This document shows positions 41,774 through 52,530 of a stretch of DNA of 64,000 nucleotides, in pieces (positions within the stretch are counted from its first letter, which is position 1; each line of letters starts with the position of its first letter). Origin of the DNA: an uncultured Flavobacteriaceae bacterium. GTDB taxonomy: Bacteria > Bacteroidota > Bacteroidia > Flavobacteriales > Flavobacteriaceae. The notes beneath the pieces are model-generated. The model was given only the letters and a program-made list of their open reading frames with translations. It was not told where the DNA came from and did no database searches. The DNA is taken from the NCBI GenBank assembly GCA_913045325.1, contig CAJWPZ010000006.1, positions 1,660 through 65,659 on the forward strand, in the 5' to 3' direction. Both the position numbers and the translations under genes were made by a program.

Positions 41774-44488
41774 TTAAGGTGTTTCTTTCTTACTATTGCC
41801 TGCTTTTTTTTGACGTTTTAGTTTCTCAATAAGCGCTTTCTTTTTATCAGGATCTGGGCTTTTATTTAAATTTGTTTTTTTTACTGCTGTTTTTTTAGCG
41901 GCAGACTCTGGCTTAACAGGTGCTTGTTTTGGATTTAACCTATACGCTTCAAGATTCTTGTGTATCTGCACAATCTGGTAGTTCTCTGAGGAAATGCCTA
42001 CAAAGTCTTTAGTGATACTTGTAATTTTATCTTTCCTAGCCTGTTTTTGGGGTTTAGACAATACCTCTCCAAGACCCTGGGCTCCAAGTTTTGAATCAAG
42101 CCCGTGAACCACCACTAAAGTTGTTGAGGGGTTGTAGTAATCTACAGAAACAAACATTTTTTCTTGGTAGGTGTAGTACTCAATAGCGGCGTTTAGCTGC
42201 TTTTTAATGTCTGAAATCTCATCGTCTTGGTTTTGATCAAAGGTGTATAAAAGCTTAAAATTAGCGCCTTGGTTGTCTGGAACAAACTGCTTAAACTCTA
42301 GCCTTGGAATCGTGGTAGAATACAACTGCTGTGCTCTCTTTCCTTGGGGTGAATTTGGATAGGTAAGAGAAACAAAATTTAATGCCTTTTTATAAGCCTG
42401 GAAACCATCTTGTCTAGCAATTGCGGTTGCTTTTAATAGCTCAAATTTGGGTACAATGTCCGTTCCGTTATACAGGGTAATGTATCCATCACTTTTTTTG
42501 ATTACCTCAGCATACTGCGATGCTTCAAATGCTTTATACAAAGCATTGTATTTAAACTCTGGACTTGAGGCATCAGAGGCCAGTTGAGTATTTGGGTTTC
42601 TTAAAATTTCAGCATACCTAGAATCACTGTGGTTGTTTAAAATGTCGTCTTTGTATTTTTGGGCTGATGTTTGGTTTTCAAGTAGCCCATATATTTTATA
42701 CAAATTATATTTTGCTGGCAACACCAAGCGCTCCTGAGGATTGTAGGCTAATAGCTTTTCCAGTCTGTTGGTAGCCAAATCATACTCTTTAAACTTCTCT
42801 TTGTATATAAGACCCAGTTGATAGTATGCAAAATCTCGATCTATTGTCAAGCTGTCTAGCACTTTAGGGTCTGAGGGGATTTCCTCTATATAGGTTTGTG
42901 GGTTAAATATTTCAAGCTCGGCAATGGGAGTTGTATCCATTATAATTTCTTGATCTTGATCAAAACCGTTTGATTTTTTCTCTGACCTTCTCCAATTATC
43001 CTCAAGTTTTCTATCTCCCCAAAGTTTTCTAAATTCTACTTTTCCGTAGGCAACAGTAGCGGGGGTGTAGAAATAAAATTTTCCGCCAGAGGCGCTTGGC
43101 CCACCTACAGATTTTTTAGCAAATTCGTTATTAACAATGCCTGGGCCTTTATTTGAGAGTTTTGCAGCAGCCGTAGAATCTGCAATTGCCTTGGCCTTTA
43201 GATCATCTGTGTAGGCTTTAAAAAAAGCGAGTTTGTCACTATCACTCATTTTGGCAATGCGCAAAATACTATCGTTTATTGAGGCTATGTCTTCATACTT
43301 TATAACATCGTCTAAGTTTTCACGCTTCTTTTTAATACGGCGCCACTTTTTTGAGTTTTCTGCAAGATTTGTAAGAGTGCTATCATAATAGGCACCTGCT
43401 TGCTTGTACTCGGCCTTATCAAATTTCATTTCGGCCAAGGTCTGGTAGTTGATAGATTGCAATGTTTGGTCTTCCTTGAAAGACTGGATAGATTTGTTGT
43501 AGTACACAATCGCTAAGCTATCACGAGTTGTATTTCTGTGGTAGTCTGCCAAGGCATTATAAATCTTATCCAAAAACGGACGGTTTTCTCTGTCTTTCTC
43601 TAAATCATGCAATAACTCCAGAAGCATTACTTGATCTTCCTGATTGTAGTTAAAGTTTTTTGTTTTTGCTATGTGGGCATTTATCATATACACCCTAGAG
43701 GTCTTTCTTTTAAAGCCTATTACTTGATCAAAGGCGATGTTTGCGCTGTCTTTATAATTGAGGCTGTTGTATAATTGCCCGGTAATAAAAGTAAAACGGC
43801 CTTTAAGCTCGTAGTTTTTTTCAAACTGGGTGGCAATCTTCATGTAAGGAAGCGCCTGGGGTATAGAGTCTAGGTTAATCATTGCCTGAGCAATCATTGC
43901 GTTGGCGTCTGCAACCACAGCATCTTCAAGATTTTCTTCTTTAAGCATTTTTTGAAGATTCTCTATGGCATAGTCTTCATTGTTTAGCCGTATGTTCGTT
44001 TTAGCTTTCCATATTTTAGCATTGTTAACATTGTTGCTAGTTGCAGATTTATTTAAAATAAAATTAAATGCATCTAAGGCCGGTATAAAACGGTTGTCAT
44101 AATAACGTGCCTTTCCTAAAAGCATGTAGGCCTCATCTATTTGAGGGTTGTATTCTTTCCCGCCAATATACATGGAGTGTTTTTGTATGGCTTTTACTGC
44201 TTTTTCTTCTGCTGTGTTAAAGTTTGGGTCTTTGGAGTCTGTATCAAACCCATCTGGATCAACAGCTTCGATACGCTCTACAGGAAGAATTTGATAGAAA
44301 TCATCTCGGTAGGTTTGAGCCAGAGCTTCTTTTCCTTGTAAAAAAGCATTGTTCCCGTTAAACAAAGTGTTGTACTCTGTAGAAACTGCATGAAATTTTT
44401 TATTTAAAAAAGTATCTTTTTTTCTTGAACACGCCGTTAGAGCGATCATGGCCAATAAAAAAAGAGAGGTATATTGTATGGGCTTCAA
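41774..44488 (-). CDS. sprE: T9SS/gliding motility TPR lipoprotein SprE/PorW
   Basis: LTAC lipobox; YNTLFNG, KAIQKHSM, LLGKARYY and WGDRKLEDNWRRS; conserved synteny with bactofilin and atp. Confidence 0.8.
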   Translation of the reverse strand: MKPIQYTSLFLLAMIALTACSRKKDTFLNKKFHAVSTEYNTLFNGNNAFLQGKEALAQTYRDDFYQILPVERIEAVDPDGFDTDSKDPNFNTAEEKAVKAIQKHSMYIGGKEYNPQIDEAYMLLGKARYYDNRFIPALDAFNFILNKSATSNNVNNAKIWKAKTNIRLNNEDYAIENLQKMLKEENLEDAVVADANAMIAQAMINLDSIPQALPYMKIATQFEKNYELKGRFTFITGQLYNSLNYKDSANIAFDQVIGFKRKTSRVYMINAHIAKTKNFNYNQEDQVMLLELLHDLEKDRENRPFLDKIYNALADYHRNTTRDSLAIVYYNKSIQSFKEDQTLQSINYQTLAEMKFDKAEYKQAGAYYDSTLTNLAENSKKWRRIKKKRENLDDVIKYEDIASINDSILRIAKMSDSDKLAFFKAYTDDLKAKAIADSTAAAKLSNKGPGIVNNEFAKKSVGGPSASGGKFYFYTPATVAYGKVEFRKLWGDRKLEDNWRRSEKKSNGFDQDQEIIMDTTPIAELEIFNPQTYIEEIPSDPKVLDSLTIDRDFAYYQLGLIYKEKFKEYDLATNRLEKLLAYNPQERLVLPAKYNLYKIYGLLENQTSAQKYKDDILNNHSDSRYAEILRNPNTQLASDASSPEFKYNALYKAFEASQYAEVIKKSDGYITLYNGTDIVPKFELLKATAIARQDGFQAYKKALNFVSLTYPNSPQGKRAQQLYSTTIPRLEFKQFVPDNQGANFKLLYTFDQNQDDEISDIKKQLNAAIEYYTYQEKMFVSVDYYNPSTTLVVVHGLDSKLGAQGLGEVLSKPQKQARKDKITSITKDFVGISSENYQIVQIHKNLEAYRLNPKQAPVKPESAAKKTAVKKTNLNKSPDPDKKKALIEKLKRQKKAGNSKKETP

Positions 44489-44684
44489 AATGTGTTTCTT
44501 TTGTTAGTTATAATAACTTAAAACGTTTGTTTTTAGTATCTAAACGGGTAATAGAGTGGTAAAAATACGTTTCTTTTTCGTTTTTGGTTGAAATTTTACT
44601 TAAAAATGAGGTTTTAGACACTATATATACAGCGTTTTGATTGATAAATTTGTACTATTTTCGTGAAATAAATTTATTTACACA

Positions 44685-44828
44685 ATGGAAGTTTTCAATT
44701 ACCTCAATGGTCAAGGCGGTTTTATGATTTTAGCCTTTTTTGTAGTATTGATTGTTTTGTATAAAAAATATAAAAGCTATCGCTACTTTAAAGACATGAA
44801 AAAAGCCAGAAAAAATAAGCAAAAGTAA
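44685..44828 (+). CDS. Small single-TM protein, 47 aa (below the ORF track cutoff)
   Basis: MEVFNYLNGQGGFMILAFFVVLIVLYKKYKSYRYFKDMKKARKNKQK; hydrophobic core with a basic tail; A-rich leader. Confidence 0.65.
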   Translation: MEVFNYLNGQGGFMILAFFVVLIVLYKKYKSYRYFKDMKKARKNKQK

Positions 44829-44842
44829 CCTATCTTTGCCCT

Positions 44843-45292
44843 ATGAGTTCTATACGTATTACCAAGCAATTTTCTTTTGAAACCGGCCATGCACTTTATG
44901 GGTATGACGGAAAATGTCGTAATGTTCACGGCCACAGTTATAAGCTTTCTGTCACCGTTATTGGAGAGCCAATTGCAGATTCTTCTCATGTCAAGTTTGG
45001 AATGGTCATAGATTTTAGCGATCTAAAAAAAATTGTGAAAGAGGAAATTGTAGATGTTTTTGATCATGCTACTGTCTTTAACAAAAACACTCCTCATGTT
45101 GAGCTTGCAAAAGAATTAAGCGATCGAGGACACAGTGTTTTACTGGCAGATTACCAACCAACAAGCGAAATGATGGTGATTGATTTTGCCGAAAAAATAA
45201 AAAAACGCCTCCCAAAACAAACACAATTATTCTCTTTAAGATTACAAGAAACTGCCACAAGCTATGCAGAGTGGTACGCCAGTGACAACTAA
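44843..45292 (+). CDS. queD: 6-carboxytetrahydropterin synthase / 6-pyruvoyl-tetrahydropterin synthase
   Basis: FETGH, CRNVHGHSY, GMVIDF, DH, PTSE and ETATS. Confidence 0.92.
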   Translation: MSSIRITKQFSFETGHALYGYDGKCRNVHGHSYKLSVTVIGEPIADSSHVKFGMVIDFSDLKKIVKEEIVDVFDHATVFNKNTPHVELAKELSDRGHSVLLADYQPTSEMMVIDFAEKIKKRLPKQTQLFSLRLQETATSYAEWYASDN

Positions 45293-45374
45293 AGGCTGTC
45301 TTTTGTTGTCCTTGGGTAGCCCTTATATAAAGCTCGAGAGTGGCAATTCGTAAATTTCCAACTATATTTGAACC

Positions 45375-46145
45375 ATGCAAATTCCTCCAGGAAAAAAAAT
45401 ATATTTTTCTAGCGACAATCATCTTGGTGCTCCTACATCTGCAGAGAGCCTCCCTAGAGAGCAAAAATTTGTGCGCTGGCTTGACACGGTTAAAAAAGAC
45501 GCAGCTGCCATCTTTTTACTAGGAGATTTGTTTGATTTTTGGTTTGAGTACAGAACTGTAGTGCCTAAGGGTTTTGTTCGTGTATTGGGCAAACTAGCCG
45601 AGATTAGTGACAGTGGCATTCCTATTTACTTTTTTGTTGGAAACCATGACCTTTGGATGGGAGATTATTTTGAAAAAGAACTCAACATACCAACCTATCG
45701 AGATGTAAAAGAGTTTACCTTCAATGACAAGGTTTTTCTCATTGGCCATGGTGATGGAAAAGGTCCTGGAGACGTGGGCTACAAACGAATGAAAAAGGTG
45801 TTTACAAATCCTGTTTTTAAATGGCTCTTTAGGTGGTTTCATCCAGAGCTAGGAATGCGTTTGGCGCAATACATGTCTGTAAAAAATAAGCTTATTTCTG
45901 GTGATGATGACAAAATATTTTTAGGAGATGAGCAAGAGTGGTTGGCCCAGTACGCTAAAAGAAAGTTAGAAACAAAACATTATGACTACTTTATATTTGG
46001 CCACCGTCATTTAGCCATGAAAATAAATCTTAGCGACACAAGCACCTATCACAATCTAGGGGATTGGATTACCCAATACACCTATGGTATTTTTGATGGC
46101 CAGGAGTTTTCTCTCCAAGAGTTTGAAGCCGCAAAAACTAACTAG
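45375..46145 (+). CDS. lpxH: UDP-2,3-diacylglucosamine diphosphatase (metallophosphoesterase)
   Basis: SDNHLG, GDLFDFW, GNHD, HGDG, GHRH and LGDW. Confidence 0.85.
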   Translation: MQIPPGKKIYFSSDNHLGAPTSAESLPREQKFVRWLDTVKKDAAAIFLLGDLFDFWFEYRTVVPKGFVRVLGKLAEISDSGIPIYFFVGNHDLWMGDYFEKELNIPTYRDVKEFTFNDKVFLIGHGDGKGPGDVGYKRMKKVFTNPVFKWLFRWFHPELGMRLAQYMSVKNKLISGDDDKIFLGDEQEWLAQYAKRKLETKHYDYFIFGHRHLAMKINLSDTSTYHNLGDWITQYTYGIFDGQEFSLQEFEAAKTN

Positions 46146-47832
46146 GCTGTATATCTTTTATTCTTAATTGCAAACTTACATTTCCTTGCCATTGGTTTTC
46201 ATCTATACAATACACCGCTTTAAAAGGAGTGTTTGCACATGCGGTGTCTTTTTTATCTCCAAGGCCAAAGCCAATACCTACAATAGCGCTTGAGTTTACT
46301 TGTTTTACCGTGAGGCGTAAATGCGTTTTATCTGCCCCCACACATTTTCCATACCCTGTGTCTTTTAAGTTCTGGGTCATAAAAACGGGTTGTCTATTTC
46401 CAGGGCCAAAGGGTGCAAATTGTTTTAAAATTCTATGAAATTTTGGAGTAATATCTACCAAATCTAGTTGGGCATCAATATTGATTTCTGGACTTAGTAA
46501 TTTTGGGTCTATGGTTTGAGAAACTACCTTTTCAAACTGGGCCTTAAAATCTGGATAGTCTTTTTCTTGAAGGGTTAGCCCCGCTGCGTATTTATGGCCT
46601 CCAAACTGCTCAATGTATTGGGCGCAGCCCTCTAAAGCATTATAAACATCAAATCCTTTTACAGAGCGAGCAGAGGCTGCTAACTTGTCTCCACTTTTTG
46701 TAAAAACTAAAGTAGGGCGATAGTACGTCTCTATTAACCTAGAGGCTACAATCCCTATAACCCCTTTGTGCCAATGCTCTTTATAGACAACAGTTGTGCT
46801 GTTTTCCTGCTCGCTGGCTTGAGTTATTTGCACCAAAGCTTCTTTGGTGATTTGTTTGTCTGCGTCTTTTCTATCTGCATTAAAGAGTTCTATTTCGCTC
46901 GCCCATTGAGCGGCGCTTTGCGGGTCTGTCTCAACAAGAAGGCTAACGGCATGATTTCCGTGCTTCATCCTGCCGGCAGCATTAATTCTTGGTGCAATAA
47001 TAAAAACAACATCTGTAATGGTCAAGGTGGTTTTGTTGACCTGTTTTAATATGGCTTGGTACCCTACCCTAGGGTTGCTGTTAATGACCTTTAGTCCATA
47101 ATAAGCCAACACTCTATTTTCTCCTGTAACGGGAACAATATCTGCACCAATTGCAGTGGCAACAAGGTCTAGATACAACAATAAATCCTCTATGGTTTGC
47201 CCGCGCTTAGACCCTAGGGCTTGAATGAGTTTAAACCCTACACCACAACCACAAAGCTCTTTATAGGGGTATGAGCAGTCATCTCTTTTTGGATCTAAAA
47301 CTGCAACTGCTTTAGGAAGCTTAGCTCCAGGGCGGTGATGATCACAAATAATAAAATCAATTCCTTTTTTTGAAGCGTACGCAACTTTTTCTATCGCTTT
47401 AATCCCACAATCTAGGGCAATAATTAGAGTGATATCATTGTCTTGAGCATAATCAATCCCCTTGTAAGAGACTCCATATCCCTCTGCGTAGCGATCTGGG
47501 ATATAGGTGGCTACCTTTGGGTAATACGATTTTAAATAACTACTCAGCAGCGCGACACTAGTGGTGCCATCTACGTCATAATCTCCATAGACTAAAATGT
47601 TTTCTTGGGCTTTTATGGCCTCTTGTATGCGCTTTACTGCAAGATCCATGTCTTGCATTAGAAAAGGGTCATGAAGCTCCTCAAGGCTAGGTCTAAAAAA
47701 GCGCTTCGCTTGATCGAAGGTGGTAATGCCTCTTTGCGCCAAAAGAGAGCTCAGTAAAGGATCAATCCCGAGGGCTTGTGATAAATGAGTTACGGTTTCT
47801 AAATTTTGTTTGGGGGCTAGGTTCCAGCGCAT
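46138..47832 (-). CDS. recJ: ssDNA-specific exonuclease RecJ
   Basis: GDYDVDG, DCG, DHH, PRINAAGR and GGHKYAAG. Confidence 0.97.
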   Translation of the reverse strand: MRWNLAPKQNLETVTHLSQALGIDPLLSSLLAQRGITTFDQAKRFFRPSLEELHDPFLMQDMDLAVKRIQEAIKAQENILVYGDYDVDGTTSVALLSSYLKSYYPKVATYIPDRYAEGYGVSYKGIDYAQDNDITLIIALDCGIKAIEKVAYASKKGIDFIICDHHRPGAKLPKAVAVLDPKRDDCSYPYKELCGCGVGFKLIQALGSKRGQTIEDLLLYLDLVATAIGADIVPVTGENRVLAYYGLKVINSNPRVGYQAILKQVNKTTLTITDVVFIIAPRINAAGRMKHGNHAVSLLVETDPQSAAQWASEIELFNADRKDADKQITKEALVQITQASEQENSTTVVYKEHWHKGVIGIVASRLIETYYRPTLVFTKSGDKLAASARSVKGFDVYNALEGCAQYIEQFGGHKYAAGLTLQEKDYPDFKAQFEKVVSQTIDPKLLSPEINIDAQLDLVDITPKFHRILKQFAPFGPGNRQPVFMTQNLKDTGYGKCVGADKTHLRLTVKQVNSSAIVGIGFGLGDKKDTACANTPFKAVYCIDENQWQGNVSLQLRIKDIQPS

Positions 47833-48038
47833 AGATTTGAAAATTACAAAAATATAAAACTATACACCCTATGTCTTTGAATTTATAACTTCAAATTCAA
47901 GAATTCTAAGCTGTTTTTGTATTTCTGAAACGTTACCCCCTCCCTTTGGTCTCAAAGCACAATAATCTTGGTAATGATTTTGTAAGGCTTTATATATTTC
48001 TATTTTTACGAGAGATATTATAATTTAAAAAATACGCC

Positions 48039-48629
48039 ATGGCATTAGTAACTCCATTATCCCCAAATCACGATGACACTACAAAAGAACTTGCCGCTTT
48101 TTTTAACGAAACGCTTGGGTTTTGCCCAAATAGCGTGCTTACCATGCAAAGAAGACCTGCAATAAGCCAGGCCTTTATAAACCTCAACAAAGCAGTGATG
48201 GCAAACGATGGCCGTGTTAGCTCGTCTCTAAAGCGAATGATTGCTTGGGTGAGTAGTAACGCCACAGGATGCAGGTATTGTCAAGCCCATGCCATAAGAG
48301 CCGCAGAGCGCTATGGGGCAGAGAAAGAACAACTAGATAATATTTGGGATTATAGAACACACGAGGCTTTTAGTGAGCCCGAACGAGCTGCGCTTGATTT
48401 TTCATTGCAAGCATCACAAGTTCCTAATCAAGTAGATGCGGCAATTAAACAGCGGTTATACACCTACTGGGATGAGGGAGAGATTGTAGAAATGTTAGGG
48501 GTTATCTCTTTGTTTGGGTATCTAAACCGTTGGAACGACTCTATGGGCACCTCTATTGAAAATGGTGCTGTAGAAAGCGGCAAGCAATTCCTGGGTAAAC
48601 ACGGTTGGGAAAAAGGAAAGCATCTGTAG
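48039..48629 (+). CDS. Carboxymuconolactone decarboxylase/AhpD-like peroxidase-related protein
   Basis: GCRYCQAH CxxC motif and ERAALDF. Confidence 0.88.
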   Translation: MALVTPLSPNHDDTTKELAAFFNETLGFCPNSVLTMQRRPAISQAFINLNKAVMANDGRVSSSLKRMIAWVSSNATGCRYCQAHAIRAAERYGAEKEQLDNIWDYRTHEAFSEPERAALDFSLQASQVPNQVDAAIKQRLYTYWDEGEIVEMLGVISLFGYLNRWNDSMGTSIENGAVESGKQFLGKHGWEKGKHL

Positions 48630-48642
48630 TTTTAAAAAGAGC

Positions 48643-49314
48643 TTACTTTTTTGCGCCAACAATTAATACTATTTCTCCTTTTGGGGGTTTTGCTTCAAAA
48701 TGAGCTAAAACCTCCCGAGATGAACCCCTTATTGTTTCTTCGTGAAGCTTAGTGATTTCTCTAGAAACAGACACAGGACGGTCTTGGCCAAAATACTCAA
48801 TTATTTGCGCTAAGGTTTTTAAAAGCTTGTGTGGTGACTCATAAAAAATAATGGTGCGCGTTTCTTGAGCTAGCAACTTTAATCTAGTTTGACGGCCTTT
48901 TTTTGGGGGCAGAAACCCTTCAAAAACAAATTTATCATTAGGCAAACCGCTATTTACAAGCGCCGGGACAAAGGCTGTGGCACCCGGAAGGCAATCAACC
49001 TGGATACCTGCCTCTACACAGGCGCGGGTTAATAAAAATCCTGGGTCACTAATGGCGGGGGTTCCTGCATCACTTATGAGTGCAACTTTTTGCCCGCTTT
49101 TAATGCGTGCTACAACAGCAGCTGTAGTTTTATGCTCATTGTGCATATGGTGAGAATGCATCTGGGTAGTAATTTCAAAATATTTTAATAACTTCCCGCT
49201 GGTTCTAGTATCCTCGGCTAGTATTAAATCAACCTCTTGCAATACTTCTATGGCGCGAAAAGTAATGTCTTTTAAATTGCCAATTGGCGTAGGTACTAAA
49301 TATAGTTTTGACAT
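48643..49314 (-). CDS. rsmI: 16S rRNA (cytidine1402-2'-O)-methyltransferase
   Basis: LYLVPTPIGNL.DIT.RA, AEDTR, SDAGTPAISDPG, YESPH and REITK.HEE. Confidence 0.97.
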   Translation of the reverse strand: MSKLYLVPTPIGNLKDITFRAIEVLQEVDLILAEDTRTSGKLLKYFEITTQMHSHHMHNEHKTTAAVVARIKSGQKVALISDAGTPAISDPGFLLTRACVEAGIQVDCLPGATAFVPALVNSGLPNDKFVFEGFLPPKKGRQTRLKLLAQETRTIIFYESPHKLLKTLAQIIEYFGQDRPVSVSREITKLHEETIRGSSREVLAHFEAKPPKGEIVLIVGAKK

Positions 49315-49535
49315 ATTTATAGAATAAAAAAGGTGTGGCTAAATACCTGAGAGCAATATAAGAATTCCTACAATCAATAGGGGTTTTCTTGTCTGTGGTT
49401 TTTTTAGTGAGAGAGTTTTTTAAAATTTGGGCGATAAATTTATGATTTATATTGTATGCTCTGTTTTTGTTTTTATAAATTTACCCAACCGAAGTCTAAA
49501 ATGGAAACTTTTTTGTTTTCCTGTAATACCTAACT

Positions 49536-50171
49536 ATGTTTTTAGAAAACACCGTAAATCAAAAAGAGCAATTTGGCTGGATCGAAGTCATTAGTGGCTC
49601 TATGTTTTCTGGTAAAACCGAAGAACTTATTAGGCGCCTAAAGCGCGCGCAATTTGCGCGTCAAAAGGTTGAGATTTTTAAGCCCGCCGTAGATACCCGC
49701 TATGATGACAACCAAGTGGTGTCTCATGATAAAAACCATATTCGGTCTACAGCAGTGCCCGCCGCTGCAAATATTCCTATTTTAGCAGATAATTGTGATG
49801 TGGTAGGCATAGATGAAGCACAATTTTTTGATGATGAAATTGTCAAGGTCTGCAACGATCTTGCCAACCGTGGCGTACGGGTTATTGTAGCTGGTTTAGA
49901 CATGGATTTTAAAGGCAATCCTTTTGGGCCTATGCCTGCCCTGATGGCCACAGCAGAGTATGTGACCAAAGTGCATGCTGTATGCCCTCGTACTGGTAAT
50001 CTCGCTAATTATAGTTTTAGAAAATCTCAAAGTGATGACCTGGTACTCCTTGGAGAAACCGAGGAGTATGAGCCGCTAAGCCGTGCTGCTTTTTACAAAG
50101 CAAGATTACAAGAAAAACTACGCACTCTTGATGTACAAGAGCCAGAAGAGGTTACTCCAAAAAATAAATAA
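49536..50171 (+). CDS. tdk: Thymidine kinase
   Basis: GSMFSGKTEEL, IDEAQFF and AGLDMDF. Confidence 0.97.
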   Translation: MFLENTVNQKEQFGWIEVISGSMFSGKTEELIRRLKRAQFARQKVEIFKPAVDTRYDDNQVVSHDKNHIRSTAVPAAANIPILADNCDVVGIDEAQFFDDEIVKVCNDLANRGVRVIVAGLDMDFKGNPFGPMPALMATAEYVTKVHAVCPRTGNLANYSFRKSQSDDLVLLGETEEYEPLSRAAFYKARLQEKLRTLDVQEPEEVTPKNK

Positions 50172-50184
50172 GCGCACCTATAAA

Positions 50185-51294
50185 ATGCCAAAAGCAACAC
50201 AAACTATTTTAGAGATTGACCTTACGGCCTTGGGTCATAACTATCTATATATCCAATCACAACTTAAACAAGGCAGCCGTATTATGGCCGTTGTAAAGGC
50301 CTTTGGCTATGGGTCACAAGACATTGCTGTTGCCAAGGAGCTGGAGACTCTAGGGGTCGCTTACTTTGCGGTTGCCTATGCTCAAGAAGGTGTGCGCCTT
50401 AGAGAGGGCGGTATACAGACGCCCATTTTAGTGCTACACCCACAGGCCGTTAATTTTGACATTATACTTGACAAATGCCTAGAACCCTGCATGTACAGCT
50501 TAAAAATACTTGAAGAGTTTATTGGCTTTGCAGAAAAGAAAAAACAAAAACAGTATCCTGTTCACCTAAAGTTTAATACCGGACTCAACAGGTTGGGCTT
50601 TGCTCAAAGCGATCTTAAATATATCATAGACTCCCTTGCAAATTCAAGCGCAGTTGAAGCCTGTTCTATTTTTTCACATCTAGCCGCTAGTGAGGATTTG
50701 CAACAACAGGAATTTACTTTAAAACAGTTGGATGCCTTTGCTGAAATTTCTCAGAAATTAAAAAAGGCCCTGCCTAACACCCCTTTTTTACACACCTTAA
50801 ACACTTCTGGAATTTTAAACTATCCAAAAGCGCACTATGATATGGTGAGATGCGGTATAGGGCTCTATGGCTTTGCCAATGATGCGCAGCAAACTGCAAA
50901 GCTAAAACCCGTAGCTACACTTAAAACTATTATTTCTCAAATTCACACCCTTGAAAAAGGAGAGACCCTAGGATACAACAGAGCGTTTACAGCTCAAAAA
51001 AAGATGAAAACCGCTACCCTTCCTCTTGGCCATGCAGATGGTATTTCAAGAGCCTATGGAAATGAGGTAGGTTGGGTGCGCATTAATGGCCACAAAGCTC
51101 CTATCTGCGGGAATGTATGCATGGATATGATTATGGTAGAAATAACAGATATTGAGTGTAAAGAAGGAGACCAAGTGATTGTCTTTGGAGGCCAAACAAC
51201 TGCAGAGAAACTCTCGGGAGCAATTCACACAATACCCTATGAAATTCTTACAGCAATCTCCCAACGCGTCACGCGAGTTATTACAAGAACATAG
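50185..51294 (+). CDS. alr: Alanine racemase
   Basis: AVVKAFGYG (PLP lysine), TGLNRLG, GNVCMD and TIPYEIL. Start moved to the ATG at 50185, after the tdk stop. Confidence 0.95.
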   Translation: MPKATQTILEIDLTALGHNYLYIQSQLKQGSRIMAVVKAFGYGSQDIAVAKELETLGVAYFAVAYAQEGVRLREGGIQTPILVLHPQAVNFDIILDKCLEPCMYSLKILEEFIGFAEKKKQKQYPVHLKFNTGLNRLGFAQSDLKYIIDSLANSSAVEACSIFSHLAASEDLQQQEFTLKQLDAFAEISQKLKKALPNTPFLHTLNTSGILNYPKAHYDMVRCGIGLYGFANDAQQTAKLKPVATLKTIISQIHTLEKGETLGYNRAFTAQKKMKTATLPLGHADGISRAYGNEVGWVRINGHKAPICGNVCMDMIMVEITDIECKEGDQVIVFGGQTTAEKLSGAIHTIPYEILTAISQRVTRVITRT

Positions 51295-51361
51295 GGCGTG
51301 TGTTTAATTTAAAGACTTGAAAAATTTTAAACAATAACTTACCTTTAAAAAAAATAATCCT

Positions 51362-52351
51362 ATGAAAATAGCAGTTATAGGTGCCACAGGAATGGTTGGC
51401 ACAGTGATGCTTTCACTTCTTGAATCGCGCAATTTTCCTGTTACAGAACTGCTGCTAGTGGCTTCAAAAAAGTCTGTAGGGAAATCGCTTTTATTTAAAA
51501 ACAAGGCCCATAAAATAATAGCCATTCAAGAGGCTGTAGATGCTAAACCTGCTATAGCTATTTTCTCTGCTGGAGGTGAAACTTCCTTGGAGTGGGCTCC
51601 AAAATTTGCGCAAGTTGGCACAACGGTTATAGACAATTCATCTGTTTGGCGCATGGATCCAAACAAAAAATTAATTGTCCCAGAAATCAACGCAAGTACG
51701 CTTTCCAAAGAAGATAAAATAATAGCCAATCCAAACTGCTCTACCATACAACTAGTTATGGCCTTAGCTCCCTTGCATGAAAAATACAAGATGAAGCGGG
51801 TGGTAGTGTCTACCTACCAGTCTGTATCTGGAACGGGATCCAAGGCTGTCAAACAAATGGAAGGTGAAGAAAATCATCTGGAGACGCCCATGGCCTACCC
51901 CTATCAAATTCATAGAAATGTAATCCCTCATTGTGATGATTTTCAAGACAATGGGTATACCAAAGAAGAAATGAAATTGGCTCTTGAGCCTCAAAAGATA
52001 TTAAACGACACTAGTTTTTCTATCACAGCAACAGCCGTGAGGGTGCCAACCTCTGGAGGCCACAGCGAGGCTGTTAATGTTTCTTTTGTTAAAGACTTCA
52101 CTCTAGAACAGGTGCGCATTATTATTAAGCAAACCCCCGGGGTTACCCTGCAGGACAATCCAAAAACCAACACCTATCCAATGCCTATTTTAGCTCACAA
52201 TAAAGATGCCGTTTTTGTGGGTAGGCTCCGCAGAGATTTTTCACAACAAAACACTCTAAATATGTGGATTGTAAGTGATAATTTAAGAAAAGGAGCCGCT
52301 ACAAACGCCATTCAAATTGCTGAATACTTGGTAGTTAAGAGACTTGTATAG
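51362..52351 (+). CDS. asd: Aspartate-semialdehyde dehydrogenase
   Basis: GATGMVG, ANPNCST, TYQSVSG and DNLRKGAATN. Confidence 0.97.
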   Translation: MKIAVIGATGMVGTVMLSLLESRNFPVTELLLVASKKSVGKSLLFKNKAHKIIAIQEAVDAKPAIAIFSAGGETSLEWAPKFAQVGTTVIDNSSVWRMDPNKKLIVPEINASTLSKEDKIIANPNCSTIQLVMALAPLHEKYKMKRVVVSTYQSVSGTGSKAVKQMEGEENHLETPMAYPYQIHRNVIPHCDDFQDNGYTKEEMKLALEPQKILNDTSFSITATAVRVPTSGGHSEAVNVSFVKDFTLEQVRIIIKQTPGVTLQDNPKTNTYPMPILAHNKDAVFVGRLRRDFSQQNTLNMWIVSDNLRKGAATNAIQIAEYLVVKRLV

Positions 52352-52489
52352 TGCCCATAAGTAGATTGGATGTTTGCTGCAAAAGTCAAGAAACAACAGC
52401 CGTATCAAAGTGTTAAATTTCTAATAATTGTCTCATTCACTGCTAGATAAACAAACATAACTCATTACATTGTTTATAGAATTGAATTT

Positions 52490-52513
52490 AAAGCCCTATT
52501 TTTAGGCTTTTTT
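52490..52513 (+). terminator. Terminator-like hairpin between asd and the cytochrome cassette
   Basis: AAAGCC-N9-GGCTTT followed by T's. Confidence 0.5.
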
Positions 52514-52530
52514 ATAATTAAATTTAAATA

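Noticed and set aside
46138-46145. 8-nt overlap of the convergent lpxH and recJ 3' ends
   Set aside because: Short convergent overlaps are common in compact genomes.
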